From positions 1-57,143 of the forward strand of contig PTLH01000002.1 in the NCBI GenBank assembly GCA_002938035.1: a DNA stretch of 57,143 bases, read 5' to 3'. Origin of the DNA: Alphaproteobacteria bacterium MarineAlpha3_Bin6 (GTDB taxonomy: Bacteria; Pseudomonadota; Alphaproteobacteria; Rhodospirillales; UBA2165). Shown here one piece after another: positions 26,285 to 36,016 of the stretch. How positions within the stretch are numbered: the stretch's first letter is position 1; each line of letters begins with the position of its first letter. The notes beneath the pieces were generated by a model. That model was not told the DNA's origin, did not search any database, and was given only the letters and a program-made list of their open reading frames with translations. Both the position numbers and the translations under genes were made by a program.

Positions 26285-27187
26285 TTATGCTGCAGACGCC
26301 GTGTCTCCCAGTTTTTTACCTACAAGCTTATCATATTCGGTCATAAGGATTTTTGTGACCTCGCCCACCGAAATTACGAGGCCATCTATTTCACCAACGG
26401 GGGTAACTTCAGCAGCGGTTCCAGTCACAAAAATTTCGCGAGCATCAGAGATTTCTGCGGGCTTTATATGCCGTTCGATTATCTCGTAACCTTTTTTCTT
26501 TGCTAAATCGATGACGCTCTGGCGGGTAATACCGTTCAGGAAGCAGTCGGGTGGTGGTGTATGTAATTTTCCATCCGCCATTACCAAAAATATGTTGGCA
26601 CCAGTACCTTCAGCGACGTAACCGCGCCAATCTAACATCAACGCGTCATCGTATCCTTCGGCTTCCGCCTCGTGCTTTGACATGGTGCAAATCATATACA
26701 AACCTGATGCCTTTGCGTGAACCGGTGCTGATTCTGGCGGCGGGCGACGCCATTTAGAAGTTTTAAGTCGAATACCTTTCAATCTTGCTTCGGGAGAAAA
26801 ATATGACGGCCAAGGCCAAACGGCTATGGCAAGATGAATTTTAGTATTTTGTGATGATACACCCATGGATTCACTTCCGCGCCAAGCGACGGGTCGTACG
26901 TAGCCATCTATAATGCCATTGGCTTCACAAGTTTGAATACAGGCACCGTCAATCTCGTCTATACTATAAGGAATTTGAAAGCCTAAAATACTAGCTGACT
27001 TAACCAACCGTTTCGTGTGTTCCCTAAGTTTGAAGATTACGCTGCTATAAACTCGTTCCCCTTCAAATACGCAAGAAGCATAATGAAGGGCATGAGTAAG
27101 GACATGAAGATTAGCCTGCCGCCATTCAACCATCTTGCCATCGTACCAAATTAAACCATCTTGATTATCAAAACTTTCTGATTCCAT
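26285..27187 (-). CDS. ilvE: branched-chain amino acid aminotransferase (class IV)
   Basis: 300 aa. Fold-type IV motifs (YASCVFEGERVY, EGTGANIF, LNGITRQSVI, VTGTAAEVTPV). Confidence 0.9.
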   Translation of the reverse strand: MESESFDNQDGLIWYDGKMVEWRQANLHVLTHALHYASCVFEGERVYSSVIFKLREHTKRLVKSASILGFQIPYSIDEIDGACIQTCEANGIIDGYVRPVAWRGSESMGVSSQNTKIHLAIAVWPWPSYFSPEARLKGIRLKTSKWRRPPPESAPVHAKASGLYMICTMSKHEAEAEGYDDALMLDWRGYVAEGTGANIFLVMADGKLHTPPPDCFLNGITRQSVIDLAKKKGYEIIERHIKPAEISDAREIFVTGTAAEVTPVGEIDGLVISVGEVTKILMTEYDKLVGKKLGDTASAA

Positions 27188-27650
27188 GTAGTTTTATTTC
27201 CTTTATCCCCTGTTGTACGAAATTATATTGCATCCCCAATTAAGGGTGGTTATTTATGTCAATAAGACTGGTAGATATCAAGCAAACTACATAGATTATG
27301 GCTTCAGACCGGGGAGTGGGACTTCTATTTTTATTCTATCAAAGAATTATTGGAGCTCTCGTAATTTTCCAAAAACAATTATTTATACGGCGGGGCCTAT
27401 AATTGGGTAATCCACTTGTTGTTAAAAATCTGGGGGTTACGGTTAGCTATTTATTGTGTATCCTCTGTATCAGGTACCGTCTTTAATAACGGGATTTTTT
27501 CTGTTGGTCAGCGTGAGCACGCAGTATCAAACTTAGGAAGTTGTTGTTATTAAATTAACTCTGCTTAACGTAACAAAGAAGGGTATGAAGCATCAGGTTT
27601 GTGTTTCCAGAAGGAACGTAACCTTATTTTTTATCGCCCGTCGCAATTCC

Positions 27651-27681
27651 TGCCGAACCTTTGCAAAGGTTTTTGTCGGCA
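27651..27681. promoter_or_regulatory. compound palindrome / hairpin upstream of the two-component operon
   Basis: TGCCGA-ACCTTTGCAAAGGT-TTTTG-TCGGCA. The 16-nt perfect palindrome AACCTTTGCAAAGGTT (27656..27671) is nested in the 6-bp outer arms TGCCGA/TCGGCA. It lies 74 nt before ATG 27755. Confidence 0.35.
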
Positions 27682-27754
27682 TAATCAGTGATCAACCTGA
27701 ACTAATGATTTTGTTACAGCATAATGCCCATAGATTTGGGTGAAACGTAGAAAC

Positions 27755-28453
27755 ATGATTTTGGATGGTCCGCATATTCTGCTTATTGACGATGATATTC
27801 GTCTACGCGAGCTTCTTCACAAATACTTAAGCGAAAATAATTTTCGTGTAACTGCCGCAGATAATGCAATTGTGGCGCGGGGACAGATGAAGCGAGTTTA
27901 CTTTGACCTGTTAGTTCTAGATCTGATGATGCCGGGGGAAAATGGTCTCGAATTCGCTAAATCCATCCGAAGCATGAACAATCTCTCACGAGATGTTCCA
28001 ATTTTAATGTTGACGGCGATGGGGGAGACTGAAGACCGAATTGGTGGCCTTGAGGTTGGGGGTGACGATTACATGATAAAGCCTTTCGAGCCACGTGAAC
28101 TCCTTCTTCGTATCAAAAGTATTTTGAGGAGGGTACCTAGGGAAGATAATTTAGCGCTGGGGAAAGCTAACCTGGGTGCCATGGTTTTTGATCCAGCTAG
28201 GCAGGAGTTGAGCCAAGGAGAAAAAATCGTGGGACTTACTTCAGGTGAATCAAACTTGTTAAAAATATTAGCCGAACGGCCAGGTGTAGTGGTTAGTAGG
28301 GAAGATTTGAGCAATTATTTGGCTCTGGATAGCGGGGAAAGGGCAATAGATGTTCAAGTAAACCGGTTGCGACAAAAAATTGAATTAGATCCAAAATCTC
28401 CGAGATATCTTCAAACCGTGCGCGGTCGTGGTTATATTCTGCGTCCAGATTAA
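27755..28453 (+). CDS. OmpR-family DNA-binding response regulator
   Basis: Receiver domain (ILLIDDD, DLLVLDLMMPG, phospho-acceptor Asp) plus a winged-helix C-terminus (YLQTVRGRGYIL). An alternative GTG start lies at 27740. Confidence 0.9.
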   Translation: MILDGPHILLIDDDIRLRELLHKYLSENNFRVTAADNAIVARGQMKRVYFDLLVLDLMMPGENGLEFAKSIRSMNNLSRDVPILMLTAMGETEDRIGGLEVGGDDYMIKPFEPRELLLRIKSILRRVPREDNLALGKANLGAMVFDPARQELSQGEKIVGLTSGESNLLKILAERPGVVVSREDLSNYLALDSGERAIDVQVNRLRQKIELDPKSPRYLQTVRGRGYILRPD

Positions 28454-28475
28454 AGGGCTGCAATAGTTTATAGCT

Positions 28476-29783
28476 ATGATAAAAAAAATACTGCCAAGAA
28501 GCCTTCTCGGAAGGACCCTTTTAATAATTGTAACACCACTTGTTCTTTTACAGCTTGTTTCGGCGACAGTGTTTTACGAATCTCATTGGACTAAGGTAAG
28601 CCGGAGTATGGCTCGTAGCCTAGCGGGAGATATTTCTGCACTTATTGAGCTTTTACATCAGGATCATTCACCGCAAGGTATTACAGCTATTCGTGAACTG
28701 GCAGCTAATAATATGGGCCTTGTTGTAACACTTGAAAAAAACAAAATACTTGCAAACGTTCCTGAAAAGAAATCCGTAAGTATTGTAGATAAAATGTTTG
28801 TTCGTTCTCTAAAGAATTCGGTTCAACGGCCTTTTAAGATTGACAATAAGAGCCTGGATAATCACTTGATTGTTTCAATCCAGCTCCAGGAAGGAGTATT
28901 TGAAGTAATCCTAAATCGAAAACGCTTATTTAGTTCCACTACATATATTTTTGTTCTTTGGATGGTTGGAACGTCTATGATCCTATTTGGGGTTGCCACC
29001 ATTTTTATGCGCAACCAAGTAAAACCGATTCGACGCTTAGCCGCGGCGGCAAATGAGCTTGGTAAAGGGCGAGATGCTCCAAAATTAAAACCAGAAGGTG
29101 CAAGAGAAATAAGGCAGGCGTCGGCAGCATTTATTGCTATGCGTGACCGAATTCAGCGTCAAATTACCCAACGAACTGATATGCTGGCGGGAGTGTCCCA
29201 TGATCTCCGTACACCACTCACTCGCATGAAACTACAATTAGAGATGGTGAAAGACAGTTCAGACACGGCGGCTCTCAAAGATGATGTTGCCGAAATGGAG
29301 CACATGGTAGAGGGCTATTTGGCTTTTGCGCGAGGGGAAGGATTTGAAACCCCTAAGCCAACCAACATTGCCCATGTACTTGGAGATGTGGTGGTTTCGG
29401 CTAAACGTAGGGGTACCGAAGTTGATCTCCATACAGAAGGCCAATTTGTGGTGCCGGTCCGCCAAAACGCTTTTAAACGCTGTATCAACAATTTATTGGA
29501 TAACGCTGACCGTTACGCAACACACGTGTCCATAATAACCAGTAAGCGTGGAGATGCCATTGAGATCACAGTGGACGATGATGGCCCAGGAATACCCGAA
29601 CATTTGAGAGACGAAGCTTTCAAACCCTTTTTTCGGCTTGACGAATCTCGAAACCCAGAGACTGGTGGAGTAGGTTTGGGATTAACAATAGCCAGAGACA
29701 TAATCAGGGGACATGGTGGCGATATTATCCTTGGTGACTCTCCGTCAGGCGGGTTACGAGCACGCCTAACTCTACCAATCTAA
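28476..29783 (+). CDS. sensor histidine kinase (EnvZ-like, HAMP + HisKA + HATPase_c)
   Basis: Two TM segments, H-box SHDLRTPLT, N-box NLLDNADRY, G-boxes DDDGPGIP and GGVGLGLTIA. Lies 22 nt after the response regulator. Confidence 0.9.
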   Translation: MIKKILPRSLLGRTLLIIVTPLVLLQLVSATVFYESHWTKVSRSMARSLAGDISALIELLHQDHSPQGITAIRELAANNMGLVVTLEKNKILANVPEKKSVSIVDKMFVRSLKNSVQRPFKIDNKSLDNHLIVSIQLQEGVFEVILNRKRLFSSTTYIFVLWMVGTSMILFGVATIFMRNQVKPIRRLAAAANELGKGRDAPKLKPEGAREIRQASAAFIAMRDRIQRQITQRTDMLAGVSHDLRTPLTRMKLQLEMVKDSSDTAALKDDVAEMEHMVEGYLAFARGEGFETPKPTNIAHVLGDVVVSAKRRGTEVDLHTEGQFVVPVRQNAFKRCINNLLDNADRYATHVSIITSKRGDAIEITVDDDGPGIPEHLRDEAFKPFFRLDESRNPETGGVGLGLTIARDIIRGHGGDIILGDSPSGGLRARLTLPI

Positions 29784-29784
29784 T

Positions 29785-30132
29785 TTAAAAAAGCTTACCA
29801 CCGTTAGGAACTTTTTGGTCAGTAGTTATCAGCGTAACCTCACCCGATCTATCCGGAAAGCCCAAGACTAAACAGTCAGACATGAAGGGTCCAACTTGTT
29901 TTGGAGAAAAATTTATTACGGCGGCTAGTTGTTTGCCAACAAGACTACTCGGACTGTAGTTTTTGGTGACTTGTGCCGAAGTTTTTAATTCGCCGAATTC
30001 CGGACCAAAATCTAACCAAAGTTTAAAGGCCGGTATACGAGCTTCGGGAAATTCTTCTGCTCTTATGACAGTGCCCACGCGGATATCCACTTTTTCAAAA
30101 TCATCATAGTTAATAGTGCAATTGGGTCTCAT
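29785..30132 (-). CDS. csaA: tRNA-binding domain protein (CsaA-like)
   Basis: 115 aa. FEKVDIRVGTV, LWLDFG and VGKQLAAVINF are typical of the CsaA/EMAP-II-like OB fold. Confidence 0.75.
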   Translation of the reverse strand: MRPNCTINYDDFEKVDIRVGTVIRAEEFPEARIPAFKLWLDFGPEFGELKTSAQVTKNYSPSSLVGKQLAAVINFSPKQVGPFMSDCLVLGFPDRSGEVTLITTDQKVPNGGKLF

Positions 30133-30168
30133 TTAAATTATTTTTGCCCCTAAACATTGTTCCTACGT

Positions 30169-30807
30169 TTATTTATTTAATTTTGAAGTATCTATTTTAA
30201 AATTCTTAAAAGGTAAGCTGTATAAAAAGGCTTCGGCGCGAGCTAGACCTTTGTCTAAGTCAGCCATAGTCTTAGTAAGGTCGGGAGTATCGTCTTTTAG
30301 CCAAGTGCAAATAGTATTCATATAAACCGCGAGCAAACCGTTCACCTTTAACTGACCAAGAGGGGTCTTTGTTGAAATACCTGCAGCCTCCATAGTAATT
30401 CTCATTGATGCTTTTGAGTTTTTTAGGCCTATAAAGCTCGCGATAGGGTCCCGGCTAATGGTACAGCATATAATTCTCGTTATTGCCTCCTTTTCCCGAG
30501 TAAGTGCATCGAACCTGAGCATGAGAAGCTCGAATAATTGGTCTCGTATAGTTCCATTTGACGAAACAGTCGCGGCATTCGCCAGTACCTCAGTGTCCAT
30601 TTGTTGGTTTAACGCTTTCAAAATAGCGTTTTTCGAGTGGAATAATTTGCGTACCTCAATTAATGGTATATTTGCCGATTTTGCAATTTCGCCTAGGCTA
30701 ACTTCATTCCAATTCCTTTCCAGCGCTAATTTTAGGCTTGCTAAAATTACTCTTCTCTGAGGGTCTTTAAGATGATTGGAGCTATCTTCTTTTATGCGTT
30801 TGGCCAT
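30169..30807 (-). CDS. TetR-family transcriptional regulator (putative)
   Basis: N-terminal HTH-like region ILASLKLALERNWNEVSLGEIAKSANIPLIEVRKLF, helical C-terminus. ATG 30807 has GAGG 8 nt upstream. Divergent from rpoH. Confidence 0.55.
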   Translation of the reverse strand: MAKRIKEDSSNHLKDPQRRVILASLKLALERNWNEVSLGEIAKSANIPLIEVRKLFHSKNAILKALNQQMDTEVLANAATVSSNGTIRDQLFELLMLRFDALTREKEAITRIICCTISRDPIASFIGLKNSKASMRITMEAAGISTKTPLGQLKVNGLLAVYMNTICTWLKDDTPDLTKTMADLDKGLARAEAFLYSLPFKNFKIDTSKLNK

Positions 30808-30996
30808 ATACGGGACCTCAACTATGTTATGCAAAACGTAATTACTTTAACTTTAGTTAAAACGTATTGAAAGGACGCTACGGTAAATTAAAGATTATAA
30901 CCTCCGCGCTCTAAAAAATTACTTGCAATTAATCAAAAATTCTTATGGGTAATCAGAAAATCTGTTCTATGATAGGGAGGAAAGATATTTAAGAGT

Positions 30997-31845
30997 ATGG
31001 CTGATAATAGCATAGTAAAAGGTGTTTTGTTGAAAGCAAACTCCATTCTCGGAAAAGAAGAAGAGAGGGCCTTGGCACGTCGAGCAATCGAAGGTGACGA
31101 AACGGCTGAGGAACAACTCATTAATAGCCACTTAGGGTTTGTCATGAAAGTGGCCAAAGGCTACAAACGATCGGGCGTTCCTATGAGTGACCTCATTCAG
31201 GAGGGCATAGTAGGCCTTATCAAAGCGGTCAGGCGGTTCAATCCTGATTTTGATGCTCGTCTTTCAACATACGCTAAATGGTGGATTAGGGCGTCGATAC
31301 AAGATCATATTGTGAAATCTTGGTCATTGGTGCGCCTCAGTACGACGAGCGCACAAAAGTCCTTGTTCTTAAACCTCAGGCGAAAAACATTTGAGCTAAT
31401 CGAAGGGGCAGACGCTCTGAGCGAAAATATTGTTACCCAGCTCGCTGAACGTTTTGAAACCACGGCAGTTGACGTCCGGAATTTGGCTCGTCGGGTTACA
31501 CTGCGGGATCAGTCACTTGATGCACCAATATCTGATGAACATGGCGAGACCTGGCTAGACCAATTGAAAAGTGATGCCGAGACACCAGAAGAATGTATCG
31601 CGCAAGAGAGCGAAAAGACAATACTTAGTGAATTGATGGAACGAGCCCTTCAAAAATTGCCTGCGAGGGAACAATTCATCATTAAGAACCGATATTTTGT
31701 TGAGGCCAAGCAGACATTTGCTTCAATTGGACGGGAATTGAACCTATCCAAGGACCGGGTTAGGCAGCTGGAAAACCGCGCTTTGCAAACTCTTAAAGAA
31801 CTTACAGAACCCGGCCTCATCGACAGCCAAATCATAATAAAATAA
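30997..31845 (+). CDS. rpoH: RNA polymerase sigma-32 (heat-shock) factor
   Basis: 282 aa sigma-70 family protein with an RpoH-box-like SAQKSLFLNLRRK, plus regions 2 and 4 (DLIQEGIVGLIKAVRRF, SKDRVRQLENRAL). Confidence 0.85.
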   Translation: MADNSIVKGVLLKANSILGKEEERALARRAIEGDETAEEQLINSHLGFVMKVAKGYKRSGVPMSDLIQEGIVGLIKAVRRFNPDFDARLSTYAKWWIRASIQDHIVKSWSLVRLSTTSAQKSLFLNLRRKTFELIEGADALSENIVTQLAERFETTAVDVRNLARRVTLRDQSLDAPISDEHGETWLDQLKSDAETPEECIAQESEKTILSELMERALQKLPAREQFIIKNRYFVEAKQTFASIGRELNLSKDRVRQLENRALQTLKELTEPGLIDSQIIIK

Positions 31846-31861
31846 TATTCAGATTGAGGTT

Positions 31862-32668
31862 TTAATGGGCAAGCTCTTTAGAACGCTTAAACGCCTTTTG
31901 TATCGCATCGTATAATAATGTCTCAAGGCGGTCATCGCTCATAAGTAATGAAAGGGCCGCTTCGGTAGTGCCACCCGAGCTGGTTACATTTTGACGCAGG
32001 GTTACAACATCTTCTGTAGATTGGTGCAGAAGTTCACCTGAACCGGAAATAGTTACTCGTCCCAATCGTTCTGCCAGATTTTTTGAAAGACCAAGCTTTA
32101 TTCCGGCCTTAGCTAAACACTCAGACAGCAAGAATACATAAGCGGGACCACTACCAGAAACAGCAGTAACTGCATCAATCTGACTTTCACTCTCCAACCA
32201 GTGAAACTCGCCTACAGCCTCTATGAGTTCATTACATATTTCCCGCTGGGTACTACTGACATTATTGTTAGCAAATGCACATGAAATGCCTCGACTTACA
32301 GCTGCTGGAGTATTTGGCATTACCCGCACGATGGCCGCGTCAATACCTAAGATGGTTTCTAGGTACTCAATAGTCCTGCCGGCAGCTATTGAGGCGAACA
32401 TGGTGGTGCTCGCAAATCTTGCGTAAGAGGGTACGACTTCATCCATAACTTGAGGCTTCACAGCAAATATGATTACGTTGGGTGTGTCTTCGGGGGGCAA
32501 TTGATCTGGGGCTAAATAAAATCTCACACCTTTGGCAATTAATTTACGGGCTGATTTTTGATTTGGTTCTACAACCCATATACCTGCGGGATCACGACCT
32601 TGGTTCAGCCAACCATTTGCTAAAGCCTCGCCCATCCTGCCACATCCGACAAGCAAGATCTTCAACAT
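31862..32668 (-). CDS. proC: pyrroline-5-carboxylate reductase
   Basis: 268 aa. N-terminal Rossmann LLVGCGRMGEAL and C-terminal SSGGTTEAAL motif. Confidence 0.9.
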   Translation of the reverse strand: MLKILLVGCGRMGEALANGWLNQGRDPAGIWVVEPNQKSARKLIAKGVRFYLAPDQLPPEDTPNVIIFAVKPQVMDEVVPSYARFASTTMFASIAAGRTIEYLETILGIDAAIVRVMPNTPAAVSRGISCAFANNNVSSTQREICNELIEAVGEFHWLESESQIDAVTAVSGSGPAYVFLLSECLAKAGIKLGLSKNLAERLGRVTISGSGELLHQSTEDVVTLRQNVTSSGGTTEAALSLLMSDDRLETLLYDAIQKAFKRSKELAH

Positions 32669-32674
32669 ACAGGA

Positions 32675-33175
32675 TTAAGCCTCTCCCACCGGATCGATAA
32701 TAGCAGCATTTAGGGCTTCTTCCGGTGGTTTACCACCCCACACCACATACTGAAAAGTAGGATAAAAGCGCTCGCATTCTGCCAAGGAAATATCCAATAA
32801 ATCCTCAATTTGTTCTGACGACATGCTGGTCCCACGTAATGGCAGAGAATGCCGGTACATTGGCAATCCCTCATCCTGCCATAGGATGAAATGCCCCAGC
32901 CACAATCTGTCATTTACCAAAGCCAATAGCTGATAAACAGAATCCCGTTTTTCCTTCGGTATACGAACGTCAAATGCACATGTAAAATGAAACGCACTAA
33001 CCTCATTGGACCACGCAAAATGAAGGGAATAATCACACCATTTGCCGTGATACTCCGCCGCCATTTCATCATCATGAACGCGTTTGAATTTCCAGCCATG
33101 GTCACGAATAACCTGTTCCACCAAATCCATAGGTGGTCCCTGTTCATAATTACTTTGCAGGTTGAGAATGGCCAT
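32675..33175 (-). CDS. YbjN domain-containing protein
   Basis: 166 aa. Sits directly upstream of proC, a common alphaproteobacterial arrangement. The call rests on remembered family pattern and synteny only. Confidence 0.5.
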   Translation of the reverse strand: MAILNLQSNYEQGPPMDLVEQVIRDHGWKFKRVHDDEMAAEYHGKWCDYSLHFAWSNEVSAFHFTCAFDVRIPKEKRDSVYQLLALVNDRLWLGHFILWQDEGLPMYRHSLPLRGTSMSSEQIEDLLDISLAECERFYPTFQYVVWGGKPPEEALNAAIIDPVGEA

Positions 33176-33408
33176 AGCTCTTTTTCAAATCCAAACACAC
33201 TGACATCATCAATGCACTCGCGTCACCGACATGTAGTGATTAATACAAGATATAGGGACATTGATAAGATCAAACACAAGTTGTAGCCTCACAGATTCTA
33301 AGCTAACGTGCAAGACTGAAACATTAAATTTGTATAAATTACTTGTGGATAAAAATTAGTTTACAACAACTTATTCAAGAATGGTCAACTTCATTATGGT
33401 TAACACGA

Positions 33409-33717
33409 CTATATTTTTGATTGTTGCTTCTTGGTCGTAGCCTTTTTTCTTGGTTGGGACCGTTTTACGGGTTTGTTTATTTTGGCTTCAAGTTGCTTAA
33501 CTTTTGCTTCAAGACGTTCTTGTTCGCTACGTGACTTGGCAACCATTGCTTTGACGGCGTTAAATTCATCGCGATTTACCATGTTCATATCCGCCATAAG
33601 GCTTTCGACGCGATGTCGTATCAGGTTTTCAATTTCCTCCTTCACGCCGGCAAAGGTGCCAGCAGCACTGTTGGCTACTTTGGCGATATCATCTAAGAGC
33701 CGATTTCTTGTCTGCAT
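33409..33717 (-). CDS. ubiK: accessory factor UbiK / BMFP (YqiC) family coiled-coil protein
   Basis: About 102 aa. MQTRNRLLDDIAKVANSAAG ... MVNRDEFNAVKAMVAKSR ... coiled-coil ... basic tail. ATG 33717 preferred, with AAGGA upstream. Confidence 0.7.
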   Translation of the reverse strand: MQTRNRLLDDIAKVANSAAGTFAGVKEEIENLIRHRVESLMADMNMVNRDEFNAVKAMVAKSRSEQERLEAKVKQLEAKINKPVKRSQPRKKATTKKQQSKI

Positions 33718-33865
33718 TAGATCCAATCCTTTGTAAAATTCCGATAGGATGGAATTAATATGGTATGATTTGGGTCAACCTGCAATGTGTTCCCGAATCA
33801 GTTAGATCTACTTGCTGCAATTCTTTCTCAGTTCTATAAAAGATTATTTAAAATATTTTAGAGTA

Positions 33866-34855
33866 ATGAAAATGAAGGTAGTCACTGGTGCTGCCGGTTT
33901 TATTGGTTCCAACTTAGTTGCTGCCCTTGAGCAAACGGGTGATGAAATCGCCGTTTGTGATTGGCTAGAAGACCCGGCAAAGATGTGCAATCTGGCTAAG
34001 CGGACAATTTCACATGAAATCCGTCCCGAAAAGCTATTTGATTTTCTTGGAAACTATCCCGATCAAGTTGATACAGTGTTCCTCCTAGGGGCAATTTCTT
34101 CAACCACGGCAACCAATGTGCCCTTGATCACCAAGGTGAACGTTGAACTTCCCATTCAAATCTGGAATTGGTGCCGCGATAATGATGTCAGACTAATCTA
34201 TGCATCTTCGGCCGCCACTTACGGTGATGGATCACAAGGTTTTGTGGATAATTTCTCTGTTGAAGAATTAAGGAGCCTTCGACCTCTTAACGCCTACGGT
34301 AGGAGCAAAAACCAGTTTGACAATTGGGTTGCAAAGCAAATCAGTGATGGTGCCGCAACACCACCACAATGGGCTGGCCTGAAATTTTTTAACGTCTATG
34401 GCCCAAACGAATATCATAAGGGTGAACAAATGAGCTTAGTGCCACAACTCTATGAGCAGATCGTTGAGGGCGGTCGGGCGCGTCTTTTTAAATCGCACCA
34501 CCCCAAATATAAGGATGGCGGCCAGCTGCGAGACTTTATTTGGATCGGTGATTGTATAAGTGTTATGAAATGGCTGGATAAGCACCCAAATGTTTCTGGA
34601 TTGTTCAATTGCGGTACGGGAGAGGCAAGAACATTTTTGGACCTAGCAAAATCGATTTTCACCGCTATGGGTAAAGAAATTGTTATAGACTTTATTCCAA
34701 CACCGAAAAATATACGAGGAAAATACCAATATTTTACCCAAGCTAGTATGGAAAATCTTAAATTGTCTGGTTACTCTGAAGAATTTACGAAGTTGGAGGA
34801 TGGAGTGACACTTTATGTGTCAGATTATTTGATGTCCGAAGACAGGTATGTTTAA
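33866..34855 (+). CDS. hldD: ADP-glyceromanno-heptose 6-epimerase
   Basis: VVTGAAGFIGSN, catalytic YGRSKNQFD, extended-SDR layout typical of HldD/RfaD. Start at ATG 33866 or 33872. Confidence 0.8.
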   Translation: MKMKVVTGAAGFIGSNLVAALEQTGDEIAVCDWLEDPAKMCNLAKRTISHEIRPEKLFDFLGNYPDQVDTVFLLGAISSTTATNVPLITKVNVELPIQIWNWCRDNDVRLIYASSAATYGDGSQGFVDNFSVEELRSLRPLNAYGRSKNQFDNWVAKQISDGAATPPQWAGLKFFNVYGPNEYHKGEQMSLVPQLYEQIVEGGRARLFKSHHPKYKDGGQLRDFIWIGDCISVMKWLDKHPNVSGLFNCGTGEARTFLDLAKSIFTAMGKEIVIDFIPTPKNIRGKYQYFTQASMENLKLSGYSEEFTKLEDGVTLYVSDYLMSEDRYV

Positions 34856-35218
34856 ATTACCTAAATAATTAGCCCAACCCTGAAACAATTATCTCTATTT
34901 TACTTTTATATATTAACACCAATATAAAAGATTATTTGGATAGAATTTAAACAAATCCCGAATGACAAATTAGTTTTCAAAAAAACCATCTCCTGATTGT
35001 AATTCAACTCACAAAGTGATCTGCAATTGATAATCACCAAGCCTAGACGCGGCTGCTTAAAATGTATCCGAGTCGTTCAGGTCAGAAATGTACCCTATTA
35101 CCTTCCACACCATTAACCTTAGAGATGACCCACAACCAGAATATTTTGATATTAAATTTAGCCGCTCAAACGATGGTTAATTGTTGATTATAAATTATAA
35201 ATTCGGATATATGGTCCC

Positions 35219-36016
35219 ATGATCTTTGTCCTGCCATTTCCCAATATTGATCCAGTACTAATCCAGTTTGGTCAGGTAGGGAACTTTCCAATTGCTATCA
35301 GATGGTATGGGGTTCTTTGGATGACTGGCTGCCTCCTAGCTTGGTGGAATGCGGTCAAATTTTTTGAGCGATCTTCAGAAAAGGTGGCCCAAAAACATGT
35401 CGATGATTTTTTGGTCTGGGGCGTGCTTGGAACTGTGATTGGAGGGCGAATAGGCTATGGTATATTTTACTCTAACGAATATTTTAGTTTTTTTCAGGTT
35501 TGGCAAGGAGGTCTATCGTTTCATGGAGGATTGTCTGGCGTCATAATTGCTGCAGTAGTATTTACAAAATTCCGGGCTATTCCGTTTTGGCAGTTTAGTG
35601 ATGCTATTGCGTGTTCTGCACCAATAGGATTGTTATTGGTTCGGGTTGCTAATTTCATTAATGGAGAACTCTATGGAAGAGTGACAAATATGCCATGGGG
35701 TATGGTCTTTCCTTCAGGAGGTAGTGAACCGCGCCATCCTAGTCAATTGTATGAGGCCTTTTTGGAAGGTGTCGTATTGTTTGTGGTTTTGTATGTACTC
35801 TCCCGAAACGAAAAAATCTGCAAGCAAGCTGGCCTACTTACTGGTATATTTATGGTCGGTTATGCTGTTGCACGAGGTGCCGTCGAACTTGTTCGACAAC
35901 CCGACCCTCATCTCGGAATACTTACCGGAGGGTTGACTATGGGACAATGGCTTTCAATCCCAGTCTTTCTATTCGGCTTGTATCTAATCCTTCGGCCCAA
36001 TAAAAGAGCCATGTGA
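35219..36016 (+). CDS. lgt: prolipoprotein diacylglyceryl transferase
   Basis: 265 aa, polytopic. Lgt signature RHPSQLYEAFLEG and GGRIGY. Confidence 0.9.
   Translation: MIFVLPFPNIDPVLIQFGQVGNFPIAIRWYGVLWMTGCLLAWWNAVKFFERSSEKVAQKHVDDFLVWGVLGTVIGGRIGYGIFYSNEYFSFFQVWQGGLSFHGGLSGVIIAAVVFTKFRAIPFWQFSDAIACSAPIGLLLVRVANFINGELYGRVTNMPWGMVFPSGGSEPRHPSQLYEAFLEGVVLFVVLYVLSRNEKICKQAGLLTGIFMVGYAVARGAVELVRQPDPHLGILTGGLTMGQWLSIPVFLFGLYLILRPNKRAM

Noticed and set aside
27213-27410. 65-aa ORF in the long ilvE / response-regulator spacer
   Set aside because: It has a non-ATG start, no SD, an implausible composition and no recognisable motif. I treat the region as non-coding.
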